A stretch of DNA of 64,000 nucleotides from contig JAGVOT010000101.1 of NCBI GenBank assembly GCA_020052615.1, positions 57,592 to 121,591 on the forward strand. Reading direction: 5' to 3'. Position numbers and translations under genes: made by a program. A model generated the notes under the pieces. That model was not told the origin of the DNA, ran no database searches, and was given only the letters and a program-made list of their open reading frames with translations. The DNA is from Nitrospirota bacterium. Lineage in GTDB: Bacteria > Nitrospirota > UBA9217. Below are positions 38,257 through 46,647 of the stretch, piece after piece. Position 1 is the first letter of the stretch; every line of letters begins with the position of its first letter.

Positions 38257-39461
38257 ACTTCCTCGAAACATTCAAGGTCGCACTCGAGGCGATCCTGTCG
38301 AACAAGATGCGCTCGGGCCTCACCATGCTCGGGGTGATCATCGGCGTTCTTGCCGTGATCCTGCTGGTATCAATCGGGGAGGGCGCGCGCGTCTATATCA
38401 CGAAGGAACTGACCGGCCTCGGTACGAACCTGCTCATCATTACACCGGGAAAGACCACGACCAGCGGCGGCTTCCACCCGCCTTCCGCGGGGACGGTCAG
38501 AAAGCTGACCTATGACGATGCCCAGGCGCTCCGTCGACGCGCCTGGCTGCTGACCGATGCGGTTCCCATCGTGCTCGGCACGGGAAGGATCAAGTTCAGG
38601 AACCTCGGCCGAGATACCATGGTCATCGGCACGACGCCGGAGTTCCAGCGTGTGCGGAATCTCTTCATCGGGATCGGAAACTACGTGTCCCAGAACGATG
38701 TCGATACCAAGGCAAAGGTGGTTGTGCTCGGAACCAAGGTCAAGGAGGAGCTGTTCGGTGATCAGAATGCACTCGGACAGGTTGTCATGCTTTCCGATGC
38801 CCGCTATCGCGTCGTCGGGGTGATGCAGAAGAAAGGAACGAGCCTGGGTTGGGACGTTGATGACGTTATTTTCATTCCGGTGACCAGCGGCCAAGACCTG
38901 TTCAGCACCGATTCCTTGTTCGAGATCCTTGCTTCGACGCCGCGCGCTGAAGACGTTGAACGGGCCATTGCCCAGATCAAGGACATCCTGATCAAGCGTC
39001 ACGCCCATAAGGAGGATTTCACCATCCAGACCCAGGGTGCCATGCTGTCCACCATGGACACGATCCTTGGCGTATTGACCGCCGTGCTGGGCGGGATCGC
39101 GGGGATATCGCTTCTGGTCGGAGGCATCGGCATCATGAACATCATGCTTGTCTCGGTGCGTGAACGGACCCGGGAGATCGGCATCCGGAAGGCCATCGGC
39201 GCCCGGAACAGCGACATCATGGCGCAGTTCCTGATCGAGGCCATCACGCTCTCCGGAGTCGGAGGGGTCATCGGCATCATCCTCGGCGTGGGGCTCGCTC
39301 TGTTGATCCCGCTCTTCGTTACCGTGCTCCCGACGAGCGTCTCGCTCTGGTCCATCGCCATGGCTTTCTCGTTCTCCATGGCCGTCGGGGTGTTCTTCGG
39401 CGTGTACCCGGCCCGCAAGGCATCGCTCCAGGACCCGATCACGGCGCTCCGGTATGAATGA
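38253..39461 (+). CDS. ABC transporter permease with an FtsX-like domain (MacB-type). Probable GTG start overlapping the ATPase stop.
   Basis: N-terminal TM, large periplasmic domain, C-terminal FtsX three-TM bundle: GIGIMNIMLVSVRERTREIGIRKAIGA. Confidence 0.75.
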   Translation: MNFLETFKVALEAILSNKMRSGLTMLGVIIGVLAVILLVSIGEGARVYITKELTGLGTNLLIITPGKTTTSGGFHPPSAGTVRKLTYDDAQALRRRAWLLTDAVPIVLGTGRIKFRNLGRDTMVIGTTPEFQRVRNLFIGIGNYVSQNDVDTKAKVVVLGTKVKEELFGDQNALGQVVMLSDARYRVVGVMQKKGTSLGWDVDDVIFIPVTSGQDLFSTDSLFEILASTPRAEDVERAIAQIKDILIKRHAHKEDFTIQTQGAMLSTMDTILGVLTAVLGGIAGISLLVGGIGIMNIMLVSVRERTREIGIRKAIGARNSDIMAQFLIEAITLSGVGGVIGIILGVGLALLIPLFVTVLPTSVSLWSIAMAFSFSMAVGVFFGVYPARKASLQDPITALRYE

Positions 39462-39553
39462 AAAAATGTGATGATGGACTACGTGCCGCGATTCTTTTGC
39501 TATAATGAAAGCGATAGAAGGGGAGAATCACTGAAACGTGGAGGATATGCTTA

Positions 39554-40057
39554 ATGGCGAAGCGGACAGGTGTCTTTATGGTCAAGACGAACTGGTGGTA
39601 TATTGAACGGCTGGTCTGGCTCATCGCCGGGACCGATGTTCTCGCCAGTTCCGTCCTGGCGGCAGCCCATCATCCGAACTGGGCGTTCTCGATCCTCTTC
39701 GTCGGCCTGTGCTCCATTTGTGTCGCACTGACGGGCTTTTGCATCGTCGGTAATGTCCTGTACTGGTGCGGCGTGCAGCCGTTGGTACCGGACAAGAAGA
39801 CCCTGCAGAACGGCAAATGGAGCGGCCTGTACTTCATGCAGACCGATGAGTGGTTCCTGGAGCGTTATATCTATATTTTCGTCGGCGTGAACCTCTCCCT
39901 GTCGTCGATGCTCTCCCTGTTCCTAAGCCCCGCCTGGCTGTATTTCACGGGATTCGTGGGCTCAGCCACCATCGTATTCGCTTTCACCGGGTTCTGCATC
40001 ATGGCGAACCTGCTCTATCGCCTGGGCGCGGAACCGAAGATGTGCCGCTTTATCTAG
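39554..40057 (+). CDS. Membrane protein with two tandem DUF2892 (YgaP-like) modules.
   Basis: Repeated pattern NWWYIERLVWLIAG...GLCSICVALTGFCIVGNVLYWCG and DEWFLERYIYIFVG...TIVFAFTGFCIMANLLYRLG. A -10 TATAAT lies upstream. Confidence 0.5.
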   Translation: MAKRTGVFMVKTNWWYIERLVWLIAGTDVLASSVLAAAHHPNWAFSILFVGLCSICVALTGFCIVGNVLYWCGVQPLVPDKKTLQNGKWSGLYFMQTDEWFLERYIYIFVGVNLSLSSMLSLFLSPAWLYFTGFVGSATIVFAFTGFCIMANLLYRLGAEPKMCRFI

Positions 40058-40070
40058 ACCGCGGGATCGA

Positions 40071-40523
40071 TCAGAATTTATCCGCGTGCCCTTCCAGCGC
40101 TGCAAGGGGAATGAGATAGTTTCCCTTTTCCATTCTGCCGCTGACCCGGATAGGATAGCACCCCCCCAGGCCCTTCTCCAATTTATACACCGAGAAACTC
40201 ATATCGCAGGCACGGCACACGACGTAGCCGTCCTTGTCCTGATACCCGCGTTTTTTCGGATAGCAAGTCACGCAGGCGTCGAGGAACGAAAAGACCTTGT
40301 CCTGGACCTTCAGGACGAAGAAATTCACGTTCCGGTCCTGATGACGGTAGGTAAAGAACCGGGGGACCTCGGGCGTGAGCGAAGCAACATCAATGACCGC
40401 GTAGGGGCCGGACTGCGGAGGGGCGGGGTAGCGCGGTTGCCGGGAACAGGACGTCACCGCGGTCAGGACGACCAAAAGCAGGAGCGTAATGCGGCACGGA
40501 TATGATCGAAGCACGTTGCTCAT
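40071..40523 (-). CDS. Cys-rich lipoprotein with CxxC-(x18)-CxxC (zinc-ribbon-like; possibly DUF2318-related).
   Basis: MSNVLRSYPCRITLLLLVVLTAVTSC has a lipobox. LDACVTCYPKKRGYQDKDGYVVCRACDM. Confidence 0.4.
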   Translation of the reverse strand: MSNVLRSYPCRITLLLLVVLTAVTSCSRQPRYPAPPQSGPYAVIDVASLTPEVPRFFTYRHQDRNVNFFVLKVQDKVFSFLDACVTCYPKKRGYQDKDGYVVCRACDMSFSVYKLEKGLGGCYPIRVSGRMEKGNYLIPLAALEGHADKF

Positions 40524-40607
40524 AAGGCATGATAACATGGAACCCATCGTACGACAAGGGAGACAGGTTCAGGAAACAGGTTCCGTTGAGTGTCGCCAAG
40601 GAAGTAT

Positions 40608-41084
40608 TTATTTACGCTCCCGGCCAAGATCCTCCCGGGCGGCAGCGAGGGCTTCGGGCCAGGTTGCAATCTGCCCTCCATAGCGGGCAATAAAAGCTTC
40701 GGCAACCGGCCTCGACCTGAAGGCCCACTTGGGCCGCTGGGTCATGACCCCGCGCTTGGTTCCTCCCATCACCCATACAGCCGATTCGGCCGGTGTGAGC
40801 GTCCGGTCACCACGGTCGGCTATGAACAGTGCCTTGACCGCGCGGTCCTTATGGGACTCGAGCTCTATGACGGCGCAGTGCAGGCTGCAGACCCCCGTTT
40901 CGGCGCCGTCCTCGTAGCGGATCAGCATCCTGCTGAACCCGTAGGCCTTCCGGTCCATCCCGCAGAATTCGCAGAAGCGGTGGTCATCGATGTCGCTGGT
41001 ACCGTCGCCTGCCAGTGCGGTGACCCCGAAAAGTACCGCGATTGCCAGCAAGACCGCTCTTCTCCCATGATGTCGTTCTCTCAT
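40608..41084 (-). CDS. NosL-like copper-chaperone family protein (secreted).
   Basis: Signal peptide. CEFCGMDRKAY...GVCSLHCAV resembles the NosL Cu(I)-binding CxxCGM region. Confidence 0.5.
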   Translation of the reverse strand: MRERHHGRRAVLLAIAVLFGVTALAGDGTSDIDDHRFCEFCGMDRKAYGFSRMLIRYEDGAETGVCSLHCAVIELESHKDRAVKALFIADRGDRTLTPAESAVWVMGGTKRGVMTQRPKWAFRSRPVAEAFIARYGGQIATWPEALAAAREDLGRERK

Positions 41085-41118
41085 TATGATCCGCTCCTTA
41101 TCGTTATGATGCCGACCG

Positions 41119-41676
41119 TCAGGGCAGAGCAGACAGCGAGGCTCTCAGCCGGGCACCGTCCTTGTAATCCTCGTTCAAACGGACGATGCCGGCCCGGTCG
41201 ATAACGACCGTGGTCCCCATCGTACCATGGAACAGGTCAAGAACTGCAAGGGTCGTATCTGCCAGGACCGTGAATCCGGAACCTGCATAGCCGTTCGAAA
41301 GCTCCGCGTTTCGCGCATTAACAACGCTTCCTGATACATAATCCACGAGAAAGAAGCGGACGTCGGGATAGTTGGGAAGTACGGTAGACCGCATGTTGCT
41401 CATATGCATATCGCAGACCGGGCACCACATGGTGAAATAAATCACCGTTCCTCTGACCCCGGGGGATGAAATAACGGACGAGAGGGTAACGATGTTTCCG
41501 AGGGTGTCGGTGAGCGTGAAGTCCGTTGCGATCTGGCATACATCCGGCCCGGTGATTCCGCATGTGACAGCGGGGCGCTTGTCGGCGCCCGACGGCGCGA
41601 TGTCGTCCATCATGCCGCCGCATCCGGCCATCAGGAACAGCAGGACCCACAGCGGTCGCGTCTTAACGGAAGCCAT
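41119..41676 (-). CDS. Thioredoxin-fold redoxin lipoprotein (TlpA/AhpC-like).
   Basis: MASVKTRPLWVLLFLMAGCGG (lipobox). Active-site context IYFTMWCPVC. Confidence 0.6.
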   Translation of the reverse strand: MASVKTRPLWVLLFLMAGCGGMMDDIAPSGADKRPAVTCGITGPDVCQIATDFTLTDTLGNIVTLSSVISSPGVRGTVIYFTMWCPVCDMHMSNMRSTVLPNYPDVRFFLVDYVSGSVVNARNAELSNGYAGSGFTVLADTTLAVLDLFHGTMGTTVVIDRAGIVRLNEDYKDGARLRASLSALP

Positions 41677-42646
41677 AGCTGACCCCCAGCGTATAGATAT
41701 CCGTGGTCGGAAAGTTTGAACCCCACCCATCGAGCAAGATCGCATGGCTCATGCTCACCCGGACGCTCCAGTCGTGATCGGTGCTCGAGTATGCCAGGGA
41801 ACCGCCTGCGGAGGTCTTCTTGAACCCGCTGGACGGGTCAGATACGCCTTCGATCGTCCCCTCGGCCTCGCTGATCTGCGATAGCGACGCGGTGCCGGTC
41901 AGTGCGTCTCCGCCGGTCCCGAGATAATAGATGTAGCCTATTGAGAGAACAGCGGAGCTCCGGTCGCCAAGCTTCCTGCGGTATGGTTCGACATAGTTGC
42001 CGTATTCCCTGTTGACCGACCGCTCGACATAGGCCCCGTATGACAGGGAGAGGGATGCGGTCCAGGGATGGATCGTTTTCGCTATCATGACGTTCCCGTC
42101 GACCCGGTAAAAGCCACGTCCGGTCACGTCGAAACTGCTGGTAACCTCATCGTACGGTGATATGCCCGTCGGGACGAGAAGCGACGGGCCAATAAGCACG
42201 GAGGGAGTCATATCCTTGAGGTTTCGTACCTTCCACGCGGATTCGTCGTCGAACGGCTCGTACCAGAGGTTCATGGTTATATCGCCCAATCCATCAGTTC
42301 GGGACGAAAAGTTGTTATAGGCATTATCGTTCCAGACGTACGGCACGACGATGCTTGCCTGCCAGCGAGGGGAAAATCGCTGTCCATATCCCAGGTTCAG
42401 ACGGTATTGTTGCAGGTCCGACCCGGGAGGGTCGGCCCGGTGGATCCCGCGCTGGTCCCAGTAGCCGTTGTATATTTCGATATCAGATGATACATCGACC
42501 ATGGCCGAATAGAATTTCGGCAAGACAAGGCCGGTACCGCCCGCTCCGCCGCAGCAGGATCCTGCATGAACGGAGAGGGGCGGGAATAGCGCGGCCCCCG
42601 CGAGAAGAACCGCCAGAATGCGAGACCGGTTTATCCGCTTGTTCAT
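41663..42646 (-). CDS. Putative outer-membrane beta-barrel protein.
   Basis: Signal peptide MNKRINRSRILAVLLAGAALFPPLSVHA. Alternating amphipathic beta-strands; aromatic C-terminus ...YTLGVSYGFR. Confidence 0.4.
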   Translation of the reverse strand: MNKRINRSRILAVLLAGAALFPPLSVHAGSCCGGAGGTGLVLPKFYSAMVDVSSDIEIYNGYWDQRGIHRADPPGSDLQQYRLNLGYGQRFSPRWQASIVVPYVWNDNAYNNFSSRTDGLGDITMNLWYEPFDDESAWKVRNLKDMTPSVLIGPSLLVPTGISPYDEVTSSFDVTGRGFYRVDGNVMIAKTIHPWTASLSLSYGAYVERSVNREYGNYVEPYRRKLGDRSSAVLSIGYIYYLGTGGDALTGTASLSQISEAEGTIEGVSDPSSGFKKTSAGGSLAYSSTDHDWSVRVSMSHAILLDGWGSNFPTTDIYTLGVSYGFR

Positions 42647-42668
42647 CAGCTGTCACCGGCGAGTTGCG

Positions 42669-43580
42669 TCATGGCGCAGGGGTCACTATGAAGGTCGCAT
42701 AGGTATTCGTAAGCGACGCATTCGACACCAGGCCATCGGTTGTTTTCACCTTGCTATTGACCGTCATGCGCACATAGACCGTGTTCGTCACCGCGCTGGT
42801 CAGTGTTAACCCTGAAACGATCCAGTGTCCGTCGCCCGCGGGATTGGTGCCGGTCAGCCAGGATGATAATGGGTTGGTCGTGGCTTCCACAAGAGCGGAA
42901 CTCACGGTAAAGGGCGTGTTCTGCTCATTCGTAAGCGTTGCGCCGGTGAATATGGCAGGATAGGACGTCATCATGTTGCCCTGCGCCGCAAGGAACAGAT
43001 TGATCTGTGTGGCTGATGCCGCGCCGTCACTGAACAGGTAATATGACCGCATTGCTGTCCCTGTCGTTAGGGATATCAGGTCGTCGTTTTGTCCCTTCAG
43101 GGCAGCACGCACGGTGTCGGTTCCCATGCCCATGCCTACAGATGGGTAGAACGTGGCTGTCTCTGAACCGATATTGACCTGCAGTTCCCAGTAACCACCC
43201 ATCGTGCCGGTCCCGGAAGCCATGAGGTAATAGACCGTGCAATCGTAAGTCCCATCCGCATTATCCGTGACGGCGTCCACAGGTGAGCTGTGGCTCTTGG
43301 AACTCATGTGCATAAACGGATAGACGGATAGGGATAGACCTGGTGCTGCCGCAAAGGTGCTTCTGTTGCGCACCCGCAGCTTGAAGGTCGTTTTTCCCGT
43401 TGTTGCGTCAGCCATCATCCCGCCCATCGTGGTCCCCGGGATATATTCCACCAGATAGGTACTCGCTGGGCTTGATGCCTGCACATACACTGTCTCTGTC
43501 TTTGTCTCTGTTCCGCAACCGGCCAGAAGAACAATTCCGGCACTCAACATCAAATAGGTTTTGATCTTTTGAAGCACCAT
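42669..43580 (-). CDS. Lipoprotein with several Met motifs (MGGMM, MHMSS, MGMGT, NMMT).
   Basis: MVLQKIKTYLMLSAGIVLLAGCG (lipobox). Met-containing motifs are reminiscent of Cu(I)-binding MxxM sites; no other recognisable domain. Confidence 0.35.
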   Translation of the reverse strand: MVLQKIKTYLMLSAGIVLLAGCGTETKTETVYVQASSPASTYLVEYIPGTTMGGMMADATTGKTTFKLRVRNRSTFAAAPGLSLSVYPFMHMSSKSHSSPVDAVTDNADGTYDCTVYYLMASGTGTMGGYWELQVNIGSETATFYPSVGMGMGTDTVRAALKGQNDDLISLTTGTAMRSYYLFSDGAASATQINLFLAAQGNMMTSYPAIFTGATLTNEQNTPFTVSSALVEATTNPLSSWLTGTNPAGDGHWIVSGLTLTSAVTNTVYVRMTVNSKVKTTDGLVSNASLTNTYATFIVTPAP

Positions 43581-43602
43581 AGCGCATTCTCCCCTGAACG
43601 GT

Positions 43603-44097
43603 TTATTTTAGATCCAGCAGATCGGCAATATCGGTTTCGTAATTCAACAATGACCTCTTCTCAAATCCCCAATAACGCTTCTGAACGACCCCGGTCCTGT
43701 CGATAAGGAAACTCGCAGGCAGGCCGGAGACCCGATATGCATCTGCAACTTGACTGCTTCCATCGATGACGGCGGGAAAGGTAACCGCAAATTTCTTCAG
43801 GAACGACGATACCCCGCTTGCCGATGTTTCCACGCTGATCGCGATGACGACAAACCCCTTGTCGCGGTATTTCACATATAGCCGCTCGAGATCGGGCAGT
43901 TCATCCCTGCAGGGAACGCACCAGGGCGCCCAGAAGACCAGATACAGGACCTTTCCCCGGAACTGCTGCAACGTGAGCTGTGTCCCGTGCAGGTCCGTGA
44001 GCGAGAATGCCGGGGCCGGATAAGTATCGTGAACGGCAAAGCCATCGCACGGCAAAAGGAATGTGAAAAGAAATGCTGTAATAGCGCGTCGCATCAT
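43603..44097 (-). CDS. TlpA/ResA-like periplasmic thiol-disulfide oxidoreductase.
   Basis: MMRRAITAFLFTFLLP signal sequence. Active site VFWAPWCVPCRDELP; thioredoxin fold. Confidence 0.7.
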   Translation of the reverse strand: MMRRAITAFLFTFLLPCDGFAVHDTYPAPAFSLTDLHGTQLTLQQFRGKVLYLVFWAPWCVPCRDELPDLERLYVKYRDKGFVVIAISVETSASGVSSFLKKFAVTFPAVIDGSSQVADAYRVSGLPASFLIDRTGVVQKRYWGFEKRSLLNYETDIADLLDLK

Positions 44098-44161
44098 ATT
44101 GTCTGGAGATAAAGGCGGGCGGGGGGAAAGTCTTCCACCCGCCCGGGTTGGATTTAGTGAA

Positions 44162-44974
44162 CTATTTCCTCGCGGTCGGCGGAGCCGGCACTTTCGCAGG
44201 GTGGCATTCGGCGCAGTTCTGCTGAGCCGTGATGCCGAAGGTCTTGCCTGGCGTCCACGTGGATTTAGGCTTAAAGGTCGCGTCTTTCCACGCATTGAGA
44301 TCGACAACGAGTTTGTGGGCGACGCTCGCCGCGACGCGTGCACAACGGTCTTTTCGTTCAGCACTTCCCAGGACGAAGCCTGATTTATCCATCCATTTGC
44401 CGACGGATACATGGCAAAGCGGGGATTCGCTCTTGGTCTGAATGATCGCGGTCTTCTGCTTCGGTTCCTTTGGCGTGTATGTGGGAAGAGGCGTATTGGA
44501 ATACCAATCCATCATGTCCGATCCGATCGTATGGCCATGCTCGCAATCCGGTCCCCCGATCCGGGGGCCGATGATCAGATTGCTCACGATATTGGCGCCT
44601 GCGTTGGATCCGCACACGGTGCCCCACCCCGCCATGCCGCCCTCCAGGAAGACGAAAGAGTCCGCCGGAAAGGATTTATAAGGCTCTCCGACCTTCTCCC
44701 TCAGCTGGCTGAACACGGCATTGATGACCGCGGCGCCGCAGAATACGCGGTACCATTCGTTGTAGGCGATCTCCGCGGTCTTGTCGGGATCGAGCTTTAC
44801 GTACGGCCAGGGCCATTTTTCCATGCTGGCGCCCACTGCATTGGCATCCTTGATGAATCCCGGGATCGACGTTGCCAGCGCCGTGATGCCGGCAGCGCCG
44901 AGGGCTGCGGTCCCGGCTCCTTTCAGAAAGTGTCTGCGAGAGCACTCCAGTTCGAACTGTCGATCTGTTTTCAT
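44162..44974 (-). CDS. Tat-exported protein with a cupredoxin-like C-x-H-x-H-x5-MM loop and a C-terminal CAECH motif.
   Basis: Twin-arginine signal MKTDRQFELECSRRHFLKGAGTAALGAAG. PDCEHGHTIGSDMMDW and QQNCAECHP. Start set at CAT 44972-44974 with a GAGAGGAA RBS. Confidence 0.4.
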   Translation of the reverse strand: MKTDRQFELECSRRHFLKGAGTAALGAAGITALATSIPGFIKDANAVGASMEKWPWPYVKLDPDKTAEIAYNEWYRVFCGAAVINAVFSQLREKVGEPYKSFPADSFVFLEGGMAGWGTVCGSNAGANIVSNLIIGPRIGGPDCEHGHTIGSDMMDWYSNTPLPTYTPKEPKQKTAIIQTKSESPLCHVSVGKWMDKSGFVLGSAERKDRCARVAASVAHKLVVDLNAWKDATFKPKSTWTPGKTFGITAQQNCAECHPAKVPAPPTARK

Positions 44975-45070
44975 AGGGTGTTCCTCTCTTATGATCGGAT
45001 TCCGGAACCAGGAAGGAACCGGTTTGGCGCACGTTGGGTGCGCATATTTCGGCACTGAGGCCATTTCAGC

Positions 45071-45135
45071 GAAAAATTGGCTCCGCTTCGGACAGAGTGA
45101 TCCGCGGGATGAGGCGATGTATCCGAAGCGGAGCC
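45071..45135 (-). terminator. Strong intrinsic terminator (minus strand) after the small Cys-rich peptide gene.
   Basis: 14-bp stem GGCTCCGCTTCGGA / TCCGAAGCGGAGCC with an inner palindrome ATCCGCGGGAT in the loop. On the minus strand it is followed by AATTTTTCG. Confidence 0.6.
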
Positions 45136-45255
45136 GAGCGTAAAGGGGAGATGCCTCTCACAGGATCATGCATCGGCTTGCAGGACAATGCACGAACGCA
45201 ATGAGAGCGCTGCTGCGCGCTGACTCGCTGTTACGGAACTGCAGGGATGTGGAAA

Positions 45256-45543
45256 TTACGACTGGGGAGGTTGCTCGTTGCGCGTGGAAAGGATCAATTC
45301 AGCAAAGACGGGGCAGGCTGTTTCGTGGATCGTGACGAACAGGAGAGGGATGATGCCGTAAGCGGTCATGTGTACGCAGGGCATTTCGCCGTTCGAAGAG
45401 AGGGCAGGGGCGGCTGAATTGCAGACATCGAGCGCGGTCAGCACCTCACATCCGTTGCCGGCAATGTTGAGCGAGAATGACGACAGGGGCGTCACAAGGG
45501 CGACCGCGATGACCATCAGGAGGATGATGGATATCCTTCTCAT
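45256..45543 (-). CDS. Small (95 aa) membrane/secreted Cys-rich peptide, hypothetical.
   Basis: N-terminal TM MRRISIILLMVIAVALVT; four Cys including MPCVHM; C-terminal hydrophobic segment. Confidence 0.3.
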   Translation of the reverse strand: MRRISIILLMVIAVALVTPLSSFSLNIAGNGCEVLTALDVCNSAAPALSSNGEMPCVHMTAYGIIPLLFVTIHETACPVFAELILSTRNEQPPQS

Positions 45544-45881
45544 GGGCGCACGGTAATATATTTAAAAAGAGATGTCAACGTAAAGTTGTAATTTGAGATA
45601 GCTGACGCATATTCCGAAAAGTAACGTTTTCTGATCGAACGGGCGAAAAAAACAGGACCTCGTCGCCGTCGGCCTGTCTTGCTGACCGTGCTGTTGCGAA
45701 AGACGGTCACGGCTGCGGCGGTTCCAGGAAAAGATGCTTCTCTTTGTTTGCCTCTCATCGGTCCATGCCAGCCAGGAGCACGTTCTTCCACGGCTGCTTC
45801 ATGACCGATATTGAGCTGAAAGGGCCGCAGGTCCGCTCAAATCGTTATTGACACCTCCCTGTAAATACGGTACTTTTACTC

Positions 45882-46475
45882 ATGACGGGCATCATTCTCG
45901 CCGGCGGTGAGAACCGGCGCATGGGCATGGATAAGGCTTTTCTCGAGATCAACGGCAGGCCGCTGATCGAGCATATCCTTGACGTGTTCTCACGTTTGTT
46001 CACAAGGACAATCGTCGTAACGAATACGCCCGACCTCTATCGGAAATATGACATTGAGCTGACGAGCGATGCCCTTGACATCCGCGGTCCCTTGACGGGC
46101 ATCTACTCGGGACTCCTCAAATCGACCGATGAATACAATTTCATCGCCGCCTGCGACATGCCTTTTCTGAACCCCCGGCTCATATCGTACATGGGGGAGA
46201 TCGCCGCTGGACAGGATGCCGTGGTCCCTAAGTTCGACGGTTTTCTGGAACCCCTCCATGCGGTCTACCGCAGGGGGATCCTCCCGGTCGTCGAGAATCA
46301 GATCCGGATGCAGGACCGCCGGATCCGGGGGCTCTTTGATCATATTCGGACCAGGTATGTAACGGAAGAAGAGATCAGCGGGTTCGACCCGCTGAAGCAG
46401 TCGTTCAGAAATCTAAATACCCCGAAGGAATATAAGGAGGCAGTATGTTCGGACTCGGCATGCCGGAGCTGTTGA
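45882..46475 (+). CDS. mobA: Molybdenum cofactor guanylyltransferase MobA.
   Basis: [31 protein letters not shown] is the MobA N-terminal signature. The end overlaps tatA by ~30 nt. Confidence 0.8.
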   Translation: MTGIILAGGENRRMGMDKAFLEINGRPLIEHILDVFSRLFTRTIVVTNTPDLYRKYDIELTSDALDIRGPLTGIYSGLLKSTDEYNFIAACDMPFLNPRLISYMGEIAAGQDAVVPKFDGFLEPLHAVYRRGILPVVENQIRMQDRRIRGLFDHIRTRYVTEEEISGFDPLKQSFRNLNTPKEYKEAVCSDSACRSC

Positions 46476-46627
46476 TCGTTCTCGTCATCGTGGTGATCAT
46501 CTTTGGCGCAAGCCGCCTCCCGCAGCTGGGCGAAGGGCTGGGCAAGGCGATCAAGGGATTCAAGAAAGGGATATCGGAATCCAACGAAGCGAACAAGGAC
46601 TCATCCAAGCCCGAGAACAAGTCATAG
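46445..46627 (+). CDS. tatA: Twin-arginine translocase subunit TatA/E.
   Basis: [42 protein letters not shown]. Confidence 0.85.
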   Translation: MFGLGMPELLIVLVIVVIIFGASRLPQLGEGLGKAIKGFKKGISESNEANKDSSKPENKS

Positions 46628-46647
46628 CGACGAGCGCGGCGGCATCG

